The notes below the pieces were generated by a model. That model did not search any database. It had not been told where the DNA came from and saw only the letters and a program-made list of their open reading frames with translations. Made by a program: the position numbers and the translations under genes. From contig OY970342.1 of assembly GCA_963717505.1 (NCBI GenBank), positions 3,808,001 through 3,872,000 of the forward strand: DNA of 64,000 bases. The letters run 5' to 3'. This DNA is from Candidatus Eiseniibacteriota bacterium. Its GTDB lineage: Bacteria > Eisenbacteria > RBG-16-71-46. Of the stretch, positions 47,825-56,820 are shown piece by piece. The stretch's first letter is position 1; each line of letters opens with the position of its first letter.

Positions 47825-50686
47825 CTAGGGCACCCGGGTCGCCGCCACCGGCATGCCGCCATCCGGCGTGCGGTGCGTGATCGTTCCAAGCTTGAGCTTC
47901 GAGATCTGAGGTTCGATCTTGCTCCGGTCCCCGACCGCCACCACGATCATGTCCTCGGGCTTGAGGCGGCGCTGGGTCGCCTCGAAGACCTCGGTCGCGG
48001 TCATCGCATCGAGTCGCGCCGGCAGCCCCTGGTAGTAGTCGGGCGGCAGGTCGAACAGGTAGAGCGAGCCGATGGTCTGCACCGTGCTCTCGGTGGTCTC
48101 GAACAGCGCCGGCAACGAGCGGGCCAGCGACTCCTTCGCCAGCTTGAGCTCGTCCTCGGAGACTTCTTTCTCGAGCATGCCCCTGATCTCCTTGAAGCTC
48201 TCCTCAATCGAGCGTCCGGTGGCGTCCTGACGAACGCTGGCGCCCGCGAAGATCGGAGCGATGCCGCGACGCTGAACGACCGCCGAGAACGCTCCGTAGC
48301 TGAAACCGTGCTTCTCGCGCAGATTCAGGTTCAGCCGGCTCGAGAACAGGCCGCCCAGGATCTGGTTCATGACGTCGAGCTTCTCGTAGTCAGGATCCGA
48401 ACGCATGATTCCCTGCTGGGCGAAGATCAGGGCGGTCTGCGGCGACTCCGGCTTGTCCACGATCACGACCGGCTCGGGGATGCGCGATCCAGCGGTCGGC
48501 GGCGGGATCGGCGTCCCGGCGCCCTTCCAGGCGCCGAAGGCGCGCTGGGCGAGCCGCCGCGCATCCGCTTCCTCGACGTCACCTGCGATCACCAGGGCCG
48601 CGTTCTCCGGACCGAGCGACGTGCGATAGAACTCCTCGAGATCCTTGCGCTGGACCGCCATGATCGCCTGCTCGGTGCCGAGCGGCACGTGACCGTACGG
48701 GTGGCTATTTCCGAACAGGCACGACGACGTGACGCGCAGCGCGGTCTGGAACGGAGAATCCCGCTCCTGGAGCACCGCCGTCCGGCGATCGTTGCGCACG
48801 CGATCGATCTCGTTCTCCGGGAACGTCGGATTGAGCACCATGTCGGAGAGCACGTCGAGCGCCGGTTCGGCGTTCTGCTTGAGCGCACGCACCCACAGGT
48901 AGCTGCCATCGGACACGGTGCCCGACCCCATCTTGGCGCCCAGGGCCTCGAGCTCCTTGGCGATGCCGAGTGCGTCCCGCGACTTCGTGCCTTCATCCAT
49001 CATGGCGATGGTGAAGCCGGCGAGGCCCGGAAGGTTCTGGGGGTCGGCAGCGCTGCCGGAACGCAGCTGCAGGTGCGCGGCGACCACCGGCAGGGCGCGG
49101 GACTGCACCACGTACACGGTGAGTCCGTTGTCGAGCGTCATGGTCTTGGCGCTCGGGAGCGGCGCGGTCGAGGCCGGACCGGGGGCCGGCTTCTCCTTGC
49201 GCCACGGCTCGGCGGACTCGACGGTGGACGCGTTCGCCGCCACCGGCGCCGGCGTCGGCGGCTGCGGCGGAATCACCTTCTCCCCCGGCACCGTGTGGAT
49301 CACGACGCGCTGATTCTTGCCGAGCTGCCGGGCCACGACGTCCTTCACCTGATCCGCGGTGACCGCGGCGATCCGCTCCAGGTCCTTGTTCAGGTACCCG
49401 GGATCCTTCAAGTAGTGGTTGTAGTAGTTGAGACGGTCGGCGACGCCGCCGAAGCCACCGAGGTTCTCGAGCGTCATGACGATTTCGGACATGATCGCGT
49501 TCTTGGCGGCGTCGAGCTCGGCGGCGGTGGGCCCGAACTGGGCCAGAGAGTCGAGCTGCGCCTGAGTTGCCGCTTCCAGTTCCTCGACGGTGTGCCCCGG
49601 CTTGGCCGTGACGGTGATCTGGAACACCGAAGCCAATTGGAACGACCCCTGCTCGGCGTTCACCGTCTGCGCGATCTTCTTGTCGTACGCGAGCGACTTG
49701 TAGAGCCGGCTCGCCTTGCCACGACCGAGCATCTGGGCGAGCACCATGGCCGGCGCGTCCCCCGGCTGGAAGATCGGGTCGGTCAGCCACGCCATGTACA
49801 GGCGCGGCAGCTCGACGCGGTCGGTCAGCACCTGTCGGCGCTCTTCGGTGATCGGCGGCGTCTGGACGTTCACCGGCGGCACGTCGGGTCCGCGCGCGAT
49901 CGAACCGAAGTATTTCTGCACCAGCTCCTTGGTCTTGGCGACGTCGATGTCGCCGACGATCGACAGACTGGCGTTGTTCGGAGCGTAGTAGCTTTTGAAG
50001 AAGTCGCGAACGTCATCGAGCTTCGCCGCCTGGATGTCGGCGTGCGATCCGATCACCGACGCGTAGTAGGGATGCCCGGCCGGGAACAGCTGGTGGTAGA
50101 GCTCCTCTTCGGCGAGCCCATATGGCGCGTTCTCCAGGCTCTGCCGGCGCTCGTTGCGCACGACGTCCTGCTGATTCGACAGCATGCCCTGGTCGAGCCG
50201 GTCGAGCAGGAATCCCATGCGATCGCTCTCGAGCCACAGGGCCAGCTCGAGTTGATTCGCCGGCACGTCCTCCATGTAGTTCGTCCGGTCGTACCAGGTC
50301 GTGCCGTTGACGAACGAAGCGCCGGCGCCCTCGAGGTGCGCGAAGTAACTGTCGGACTCGATGTGTCCGGAACCCTGGAACATCATGTGCTCGAACAGGT
50401 GCGCGAATCCGGTCCGCCCCACGGCTTCGTTCGAGGGACCGACGTGGTACCAGAGGTTCACGGCCGCCAGGGGCAGCCGGCTGTCCTTGCGCAGGATGAC
50501 TTCGAGTCCGTTGTCGAGCGTGTACTTCTCGAATTCCAAGTTCACGCGCGGCACCTTAGCGGAAGTGCTGCGCGATCCGAAGCAGCCCGAGAGCGCGAAG
50601 GGCAGAACGGCGAGGGCGACGATGGCGAGCGGAACGCCTCGAAAGCGTCGCAAGCGGTGCGACCAGGATGATGCCATCCGAAACAT
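47825..50686 (-). CDS. Full-length two-half M16 zinc peptidase (PqqL-like), probable lipoprotein
   Basis: Lipobox ALSGC, TGFAHLFEHMMFQGS, second half LDNGLTV...SSRLNLNLREKHGFSYGA. Confidence 0.92.
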   Translation of the reverse strand: MFRMASSWSHRLRRFRGVPLAIVALAVLPFALSGCFGSRSTSAKVPRVNLEFEKYTLDNGLEVILRKDSRLPLAAVNLWYHVGPSNEAVGRTGFAHLFEHMMFQGSGHIESDSYFAHLEGAGASFVNGTTWYDRTNYMEDVPANQLELALWLESDRMGFLLDRLDQGMLSNQQDVVRNERRQSLENAPYGLAEEELYHQLFPAGHPYYASVIGSHADIQAAKLDDVRDFFKSYYAPNNASLSIVGDIDVAKTKELVQKYFGSIARGPDVPPVNVQTPPITEERRQVLTDRVELPRLYMAWLTDPIFQPGDAPAMVLAQMLGRGKASRLYKSLAYDKKIAQTVNAEQGSFQLASVFQITVTAKPGHTVEELEAATQAQLDSLAQFGPTAAELDAAKNAIMSEIVMTLENLGGFGGVADRLNYYNHYLKDPGYLNKDLERIAAVTADQVKDVVARQLGKNQRVVIHTVPGEKVIPPQPPTPAPVAANASTVESAEPWRKEKPAPGPASTAPLPSAKTMTLDNGLTVYVVQSRALPVVAAHLQLRSGSAADPQNLPGLAGFTIAMMDEGTKSRDALGIAKELEALGAKMGSGTVSDGSYLWVRALKQNAEPALDVLSDMVLNPTFPENEIDRVRNDRRTAVLQERDSPFQTALRVTSSCLFGNSHPYGHVPLGTEQAIMAVQRKDLEEFYRTSLGPENAALVIAGDVEEADARRLAQRAFGAWKGAGTPIPPPTAGSRIPEPVVIVDKPESPQTALIFAQQGIMRSDPDYEKLDVMNQILGGLFSSRLNLNLREKHGFSYGAFSAVVQRRGIAPIFAGASVRQDATGRSIEESFKEIRGMLEKEVSEDELKLAKESLARSLPALFETTESTVQTIGSLYLFDLPPDYYQGLPARLDAMTATEVFEATQRRLKPEDMIVVAVGDRSKIEPQISKLKLGTITHRTPDGGMPVAATRVP

Positions 50687-50871
50687 GAGTACGGACTCCT
50701 TTTGCGCCGGCGTCGCCGGCAGGTGGAAGGGCTGGGTCACGAACGGTCGGAGATTAGGGGGCCACGCCCGGTGGTTCAACGACTCGAGGCACCAGTCCCG
50801 GGAATGGCGTCACCAGCGCGGAAATCCGGGGCCTTGCCGACGTCCGGACGGCTCCCTAGAGTGCGTGACTC

Positions 50872-52029
50872 ATGATCTGCCGCAATGTCCCCGCCTCACT
50901 CCTGGTCCTCGTGGCACTCGTGCCGCAGGGGGCTGCCGCCGGCGGCCTGTTTCGACCTTCGGTTGCCAATCCGCGCGAATCGCTGTCCCGCTGGCGGCAA
51001 TCGTCGTACACCTCCGACTGGCGCTACGGAACCGACGTCACCGACTCGACCTCGATCGGCGGCTTCGTCGAGGACCGCACCGGCGTTCATTGGGAAATCG
51101 CGGCCGGTCACACCTTCCGCTGGCGCCCGCTCGAGCGGATCTTCGGCACGCGGCCGCCCTGGGCCGGCTATCAGCTCGGGGTGCCGGCGGCGATCTTCGC
51201 CCAGTTCGAAAACGACGGCTCCCTGCTCAATACCGACTTCCAGTACGGAGTGAGCTTCGAGATCCAATGGAACGGCGCACTGTCGCCTGTGAGTCGACCG
51301 TTCGAGCGCGCCTTGTGGACCACCCGGTTGACCGTGCTCCACCGGAGTTCCCATCTCGGCGACGAGTACCTGGCGCTGGGCGCGATCGGCAGCAACCAGG
51401 ATGGCCATCCGGCTCAGGGCACTCTGTTCGATCGCCCACCTGTCAAGCGGGTGGATCTGAGCTACGAGATGCTCGAGGCCCTGGTCGCTTTCGAATGGGC
51501 GCCGTTTCGCGGCGAGGGCTCGGCCCGGATCTACGCCGGCGGCGACAAAAAGGCGCTGATCCCCTCGCACTGGGGAATCGGTGCGCGACGGCCCAAGAAC
51601 TTCGACTCTCCGGCCGGCCGGCTCGGGTTCGAGTGGCGTTCGGCCGGCAACGCGAGTGGGACGGGCAGCGGCTGGCTGAATCGCTTCTCCGGTTCCGACC
51701 GGCTGCGAACCGGGTGGTTGACCGCGATCGATCTGCGCCTGGCAAGGCCGTACAACTTCGCGTCGTGCGACAATCCGGCGGGCACCGGTGAAGTCTGGAC
51801 GCCGCACCTGTGGAGCGAATGTCCGAACGGCTTCGAGTTCGACGGCTATGCCGGGTCGTGGCGTGGGATGATCGGCTTCACGATCCTGCCGCGCGGGCCG
51901 GGCGCCTCGGAGTGGGTGGTGGCGCTCGAGTGGTACGACGGTTATTCGATGAACGGCCAGTTCCTCGATCAACCCCTGCGCTATCGCCCACGCGCCTACA
52001 TCATTCCGAGCGTGACCGCGACCTTCTAG
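50872..52029 (+). CDS. Putative outer-membrane protein, DUF1207-like
   Basis: Signal peptide, LLNTDF, HRSSHLGDEY, EWYDGYSMNGQF, terminal Phe. Confidence 0.65.
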   Translation: MICRNVPASLLVLVALVPQGAAAGGLFRPSVANPRESLSRWRQSSYTSDWRYGTDVTDSTSIGGFVEDRTGVHWEIAAGHTFRWRPLERIFGTRPPWAGYQLGVPAAIFAQFENDGSLLNTDFQYGVSFEIQWNGALSPVSRPFERALWTTRLTVLHRSSHLGDEYLALGAIGSNQDGHPAQGTLFDRPPVKRVDLSYEMLEALVAFEWAPFRGEGSARIYAGGDKKALIPSHWGIGARRPKNFDSPAGRLGFEWRSAGNASGTGSGWLNRFSGSDRLRTGWLTAIDLRLARPYNFASCDNPAGTGEVWTPHLWSECPNGFEFDGYAGSWRGMIGFTILPRGPGASEWVVALEWYDGYSMNGQFLDQPLRYRPRAYIIPSVTATF

Positions 52030-52039
52030 CCGGCGCCTG

Positions 52040-52384
52040 CTAGCCGGGAGGCCAGGTCATGGGTCGCCCGCCGAGCAGATGCACGTGAATGTGATCCACC
52101 GTCTGGCCGCCGTGTCGACCGACGTTGGTCACCAATCGCCATCCCTGATCCAACCCCTCGCGCTCGGCGATGCGCGCGGCCAGCGCGAACAGATCGCCGA
52201 GCAGCGCGCCATGCTCGGGACCCAGTCCCGCCGCGGAAGCCGCGACGTGCTCCTTGGGAATCAGCAACACGTGAATCGGCGCCTGGGGATGAAGGTCGCG
52301 AAACGCCAGGACCTGCTCGGTCTCGTCGACCTTCTGCGCCGGAATCTCACCCGCGGCGATCCGGCAGAAGATGCAGTTGCTCAC
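52040..52384 (-). CDS. hinT: HIT-family nucleotide hydrolase (HinT)
   Basis: CIFCRIAAGEIPA, FRDLHPQAPIHVL, GGQTVDHIHVHLLGGR...WPPG. Confidence 0.93.
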   Translation of the reverse strand: MSNCIFCRIAAGEIPAQKVDETEQVLAFRDLHPQAPIHVLLIPKEHVAASAAGLGPEHGALLGDLFALAARIAEREGLDQGWRLVTNVGRHGGQTVDHIHVHLLGGRPMTWPPG

Positions 52385-52466
52385 GGCCCTCCCGGGATGA
52401 AGACGCAACGCGCGTTCGGCTGGTGGCGGCCGCCCCGGGTCGGGACGGCCGCCTGCCGGACCTCGA

Positions 52467-53774
52467 CTACGTGCCCTCGCTCCAGGTCTGCATGTACTTC
52501 TCCTGCTCGCTGGTCAGGGTGTCGATCGCGATGTCCATCGAACGCAGCTTGAGGCGCGCCACTTCCTTGTCGATCGCCTTGGGCACGACGTAGACGTCCT
52601 TCTTGAGGCTGCGCGCCTTCTTCCTGAGGAACTCGACGCTCAGGGCCTGGTTCGCGAACGACATGTCCATGACCATCGCCGGATGGCCCTCGGCCGCGGC
52701 CAGGTTGATGAGTCGGCCCTCGCCCAGCAGGTAGATCCGGCGTCCGCCGCGCATCCGGAATTCCTCGACGAATTCCCGAACCACGCGCTTGCCGGACGAC
52801 ATGCGCTCGAGCGCCGGGATGTCGATCTCGACGTTGAAATGGCCGCTGTTCGCGACGATGGCGCCGTCCTTCATCGCGGCAAAGTGCTCGCGGCGCAGCA
52901 CCGACTTGTTGCCGGTCAGGGTGATGAATAGGTCGCCACGCGGTGCGGCGTCGGCCATCGAAACGACCTGGAAGCCGTCCATCGCCGCCTCGAGCGCCCG
53001 CACCGGATCGATCTCGGTGACCAGCACGGTGGCACCCAGGCCCTTGGCGCGAGTCGCCACACCGCGGCCACACCAGCCGTAGCCGGCGATCACCACCGTG
53101 GAGCCGGCGATCAGCATGTTGGTGCTGCGCAGGACGCCATCCATGGTGCTCTGTCCGGTGCCGTAGCGGTTGTCGAACAGGTGCTTGGTGTCGGCGTCGT
53201 TGATCGCGATCACCGGATACTTGAGCACCTTGGTCGCCGCCATCGCCCGCAGCCGGGTCACGCCGGTCGACGTCTCCTCCGTCCCCGCGTAGACGTCACG
53301 CAGGTAGGGCTTCATCTTGGTGTGCAGCACGGTCACCAGGTCGCAGCCGTCGTCCATGGTGACGTGCGGCCGGGTCTCGATGCACGAGACGATGTGCTGG
53401 TAATAGGTGCGATGGTCCTCGCCCTTGATCGCGTAGGTGGGAATGCCGTAGTGGGCGACCAATGCGGCGGCGACGTCGTCCTGCGTGCTGAGCGGGTTCG
53501 AGCCGCACAGGGCGACCTCGGCGCCACCGGCCTTGAGCGTGCGCATCAGGTTCGCGGTTTCGGTGGTGACGTGCAGGCAGGCCCCGACCCGCATGCCCTT
53601 GAGTGGCCGCTGCTTCGCGAACCGGGCGCGGATCGTGCTCAACACCGGCATGTGCCGGTCGGCCCATTCGATGCGCATGCGGCCCTGGCGAGCGAGCTTG
53701 AGATCTTTGACGTGACCGGCGAGCGCGTGGCCGTTGCCGGTGGCGCCGTTTCCTTTCGAAGCGCGACGAACCAT
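52467..53774 (-). CDS. ahcY: Adenosylhomocysteinase
   Basis: CLHVTTETA, SNPLSTQD, DDGCDL, EETSTG, KHLFDNRYGTGQS, GYGWCGRG, NSGHF, EGHPAMVMDMSFANQ. Confidence 0.97.
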   Translation of the reverse strand: MVRRASKGNGATGNGHALAGHVKDLKLARQGRMRIEWADRHMPVLSTIRARFAKQRPLKGMRVGACLHVTTETANLMRTLKAGGAEVALCGSNPLSTQDDVAAALVAHYGIPTYAIKGEDHRTYYQHIVSCIETRPHVTMDDGCDLVTVLHTKMKPYLRDVYAGTEETSTGVTRLRAMAATKVLKYPVIAINDADTKHLFDNRYGTGQSTMDGVLRSTNMLIAGSTVVIAGYGWCGRGVATRAKGLGATVLVTEIDPVRALEAAMDGFQVVSMADAAPRGDLFITLTGNKSVLRREHFAAMKDGAIVANSGHFNVEIDIPALERMSSGKRVVREFVEEFRMRGGRRIYLLGEGRLINLAAAEGHPAMVMDMSFANQALSVEFLRKKARSLKKDVYVVPKAIDKEVARLKLRSMDIAIDTLTSEQEKYMQTWSEGT

Positions 53775-53896
53775 CTCACGATCCTCCGACGATTCTGGGT
53801 TGTCTCGGCTGGCGAGCGCTGCGGGGATCCGCGGCGCGAAGCGGAGCCCGTGCGATCGGGCTCGGAACCGCGATATTGTGCCTCAAGCAGGCGGTC

Positions 53897-53950
53897 GACC
53901 TCAAGAGGTCTTGCGCGGAGATGTCGATTGTTCATATGCTTAGACATATG
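53897..53950 (+). promoter_or_regulatory. Leaderless promoter and candidate operator of vapBC
   Basis: TTGCGC (53911), 18 nt, TATGCT (53935), with ATG 7 nt later and no SD. Two CATATG palindromes (53933, 53945) and inverted repeat GACCTC-AA-GAGGTC (53897-53910). Confidence 0.6.
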
Positions 53951-54196
53951 AAACGTCGAACCACGTTGATCCTGGATTCAGCGGTGCACGCCGCACTGCG
54001 CGCCCGCGCCGAACGGGAAGGACGCACCTTCACCGAGGCCCTCGAGCAAGTGCTGCGCGTCGGCCTGGCCGCGCGCAGCGCCGGCCGGCGCCCGCGGCTG
54101 CGGCTTCCCTCCTACGACCTCGGGCCGTTCCTGGTCGACCCCGCCGACCGCCTGGCGATTGCCGCGCTGCGCGCCAGCGAGCGCCGCGAGCCATGA
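53948..54196 (+). CDS. Ribbon-helix-helix antitoxin (VapB/CopG-like)
   Basis: MKRRTTLILDSAVHAALRARAEREGRTFTEALEQVLRVGL, upstream of a PIN gene. Confidence 0.82.
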   Translation: MKRRTTLILDSAVHAALRARAEREGRTFTEALEQVLRVGLAARSAGRRPRLRLPSYDLGPFLVDPADRLAIAALRASERREP

Positions 54197-54263
54197 GGCT
54201 CCATTCGATCAGGGCGAGCCGGCCGAGCCCGGTCCGAGCGAGCCGGCCGAGCTCGTTCCAACG

Positions 54264-54755
54264 ATGATCGCGGTCGATACCAGTGTGCTCGCGCCGGCGC
54301 TCAACCGCTGGTCGCCGGATCATGCCCGGGCCGCGGCACTGATCGAGGAGCTGGCCAACGGCGGCCACCCCTGGGCGCTGCCCTGGCCGGTGGCGCACGA
54401 CCTGCTGGCGCTGGTCACGCACCGGCACGGCGTGGCGCGTCCCCTGCCCGCGCCCGACGCCGTGGCCTTCCTCGAGCAGCTGCTGGCGAGTCCGTCGATC
54501 GAGGCGATCGGTCCGACCGCGCGCCACGCGGCCGTGCTCGGCGAGCTGCTCGCCGGCCGCGACGAGGGCGGCGCGGCCTCCGCCCGCCTGGAGCTCGCCG
54601 CCGTGCTCCACGAGCACGGCGTGCGCGAGTTGTTGTCCGCCGATTCCGGTATGCGACGGTTCGCGTTCCTGACGGTGGTCGACCCGTTGCGCAACACGGA
54701 GTGGTCGCCGCAGTCGCCCCCGTCCCGTCGCTATCGACGACTGCGCGGCGCCTAG
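54264..54755 (+). CDS. PIN-domain toxin (VapC-like)
   Basis: MIAVDTSVL, WALPWPVAHDLLALVTH, LHEHGVRELLSAD..RRFAFLTVVDPL. Confidence 0.82.
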   Translation: MIAVDTSVLAPALNRWSPDHARAAALIEELANGGHPWALPWPVAHDLLALVTHRHGVARPLPAPDAVAFLEQLLASPSIEAIGPTARHAAVLGELLAGRDEGGAASARLELAAVLHEHGVRELLSADSGMRRFAFLTVVDPLRNTEWSPQSPPSRRYRRLRGA

Positions 54756-54964
54756 CCGTCCGCGCTGGTGGGCGGACCTCGCCGCGCTCGTTTCCACTTC
54801 ACCGTTCCCTGTCGTCCGATCGTCACTTCGTCGTTGCGCACAGTAGCGGTTCCGTCGAAGACTGCTCGCAGGCAGAGGCCCGGGACCGGTTCCACACCGG
54901 GAGGACGTCCCAGCCTGGCAAGGTTCGGTGCGCAAACGCGCATCTCCAAAACGAGGAGGTTCTG

Positions 54965-55447
54965 ATGAAGAACAGGATTGCGGTCCTCATGATGGCAGCC
55001 CTCGTGCTCGCCCTTGCGGTTCCGGCGTGGGCCGGCAGCGGCGAGAAGTGCACTGCCAGCACGCAGGAGTGCCTCGATCATATGGCGGCCAAGAAGGACA
55101 AAGGCTGGGTCGGCTTCTCGATCGACAAGAACGAAGCCGGCACCATGGTCGTGAAGTCGGTGGTCAAGGGCAGCCCGGCCGAGAAGGCAGGCTTCAAGGT
55201 CGGCGACCAGCTGGTTGCGCTCAATGGCGCGAACTTCACGGACTATGAAGCGGTCAAGGCGGCCAAGGGAACCTGGATGCCGGGATCGAAGGTCACCTAC
55301 ACCGTGAAGCGCGCGAGCGCCGAGAAGTCGATGGCGGTAGTGCTCGCCCCTATGCCGGCCGACGTGTACGCGCAGATGGTTGGCGAGCATCTGATTGCCG
55401 ACCACCAGGTCGCGGCCAACGCGCCGACGGCAGACGCGAAGAACTGA
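54965..55447 (+). CDS. Secreted single-PDZ-domain protein
   Basis: GAGGAGG RBS, signal peptide AWA|G, CTASTQEC, GWVGF, VVKGSPAEKAGFKVGDQLVALNG. Confidence 0.85.
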   Translation: MKNRIAVLMMAALVLALAVPAWAGSGEKCTASTQECLDHMAAKKDKGWVGFSIDKNEAGTMVVKSVVKGSPAEKAGFKVGDQLVALNGANFTDYEAVKAAKGTWMPGSKVTYTVKRASAEKSMAVVLAPMPADVYAQMVGEHLIADHQVAANAPTADAKN

Positions 55448-55501
55448 GGTCCCAAGAACGCTGAGGCTCGAACCCAGGGCGCCTCGCGGCGCCCGCAACC
55501 G

Positions 55502-55530
55502 GGGCCGGCTCGAACGAGCCGGCCCTTTTT
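55502..55530 (+). terminator. Intrinsic terminator
   Basis: GGGCCGGCTCG-AA-CGAGCCGGCCC-TTTTT. Confidence 0.8.
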
Positions 55531-55608
55531 CTCAGGTGTCCGGTCCAGCTCGAGAACAGGTCGCCCTTCCAGGTGAACACCTGGCGTCGGGCAGGACCTG
55601 TCGTCCCG

Positions 55609-56758
55609 CTAGACCCCCCGCGCCAGCGCCCGCGCCCTGTCGGTGCGCTCCCAGGTGAATTCCTTCTCGTTCCGGCCGAAGTGCCCGTAGGCGGCGGTTT
55701 TCCGGAAGATCGGACGGCGGAGCTTCAGGTCCTTGATCAGCGCCAGCGGCGTGAGATCGAAATGCTTGCGCACCAGTTGCGTCAGCTTGCGCGTCGCTCA
55801 CCTTTCCGGTGCGCTTGCTGTCGACCATGATGCTGACCGGCTCCGGCACGCCGATCGCGTACGCGATCTGCACCTCGCAGCGGTCGCACAGGCCGCTCGC
55901 CACCAGGTTCTTGGCCACGTAGCGGGCGCCGTAGCTGGCCGAGCGATCCACCTTGCTCGGGTCCTTGCCCGAGAAGGCGCCACCGCCGTGGCTGCCGACG
56001 CCGCCGTAGGTGTCGACGATGATCTTGCGTCCGGTGAGCCCGGTGTCGGCCATCGGCCCGCCCTTGACGAAGCTAGCCGGTGGGATTGATGTGGAAGGTC
56101 ACTCGCCGGCCTTTCGGCACCAATCGCTTGGGCAGGATCGGCATCACGACTTTCTCGATGATGTCGCTTGCGGATCCGCTTGGGCGAAATGCCTTCGGCG
56201 TGCTGGCTCGAAACCACGACCGTGTCCACTCGCAGCGGACGGCCATCCTCGTACTCGATCGTGACCTGCGACTTGCCGTCCGGTCGCAGGTAGGGAATCG
56301 CGCCCGTGCGGCGGACGCGGGCCAGGCGCCGGGTGATCGCGTGCGCCAGCATGATCGGCATCGGCATCAGCTCCGGCGTTTCGCGGCAGGCGAAGCCGAA
56401 CATCAGGCCCTGGTCGCCGGCGCCACCCCGATCGACACCCATCGAGATGTCGGGCGACTGGTCGTCGATCGTGGTCACCACCGCGCAGGTGTGGCTGTCG
56501 AATCCGTACTCGGCGCTGTCGTAGCCGATCTCGCCGATCACCTGGCGCACGAGCTCGGGGATCTCGACATAGCCGTTGCTCGAGATCTCGCCCGCGACGA
56601 TCGCGAGCCCGGTGGTCACCAGCGTCTCGCACGCGACCCGGCTGCTGCGGGTCCTGAGCGATCAGCGCGTCGAGCACCGCGTCCGAGATCTGGTCGGCGA
56701 TCTTGTCGGGGTGGCCTTCGGTGACGGATTCGGAAGTGAACAGATGACGGGCGCCCAT
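55609..56758 (-). CDS. metK: S-adenosylmethionine synthetase (frameshifted)
   Basis: [68 protein letters not shown]. Confidence 0.96.
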
Positions 56759-56820
56759 CGTGCTCCTCTTAGGGGTGAGTCGCGGCCCTCGGGCCGGGAC
56801 GAATGGTTTCGGGTGACCGA

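Noticed and set aside
53775-53880. SAH riboswitch upstream of ahcY
   Set aside because: CAGCGCTC and a hairpin are present, but the 5' GAGGAGCG...AGGCUC core is missing on the ahcY strand.
55456-55500. tRNA-like fragment (CTGGG-TTCGAGC-CTCAG T-arm-like hairpin on the minus strand)
   Set aside because: No D-arm, anticodon arm, acceptor stem or CCA.
56759-56820. SAM riboswitch upstream of metK
   Set aside because: Only about 60 nt with one small hairpin and no SAM-I, SAM-II or SAM-SAH consensus.
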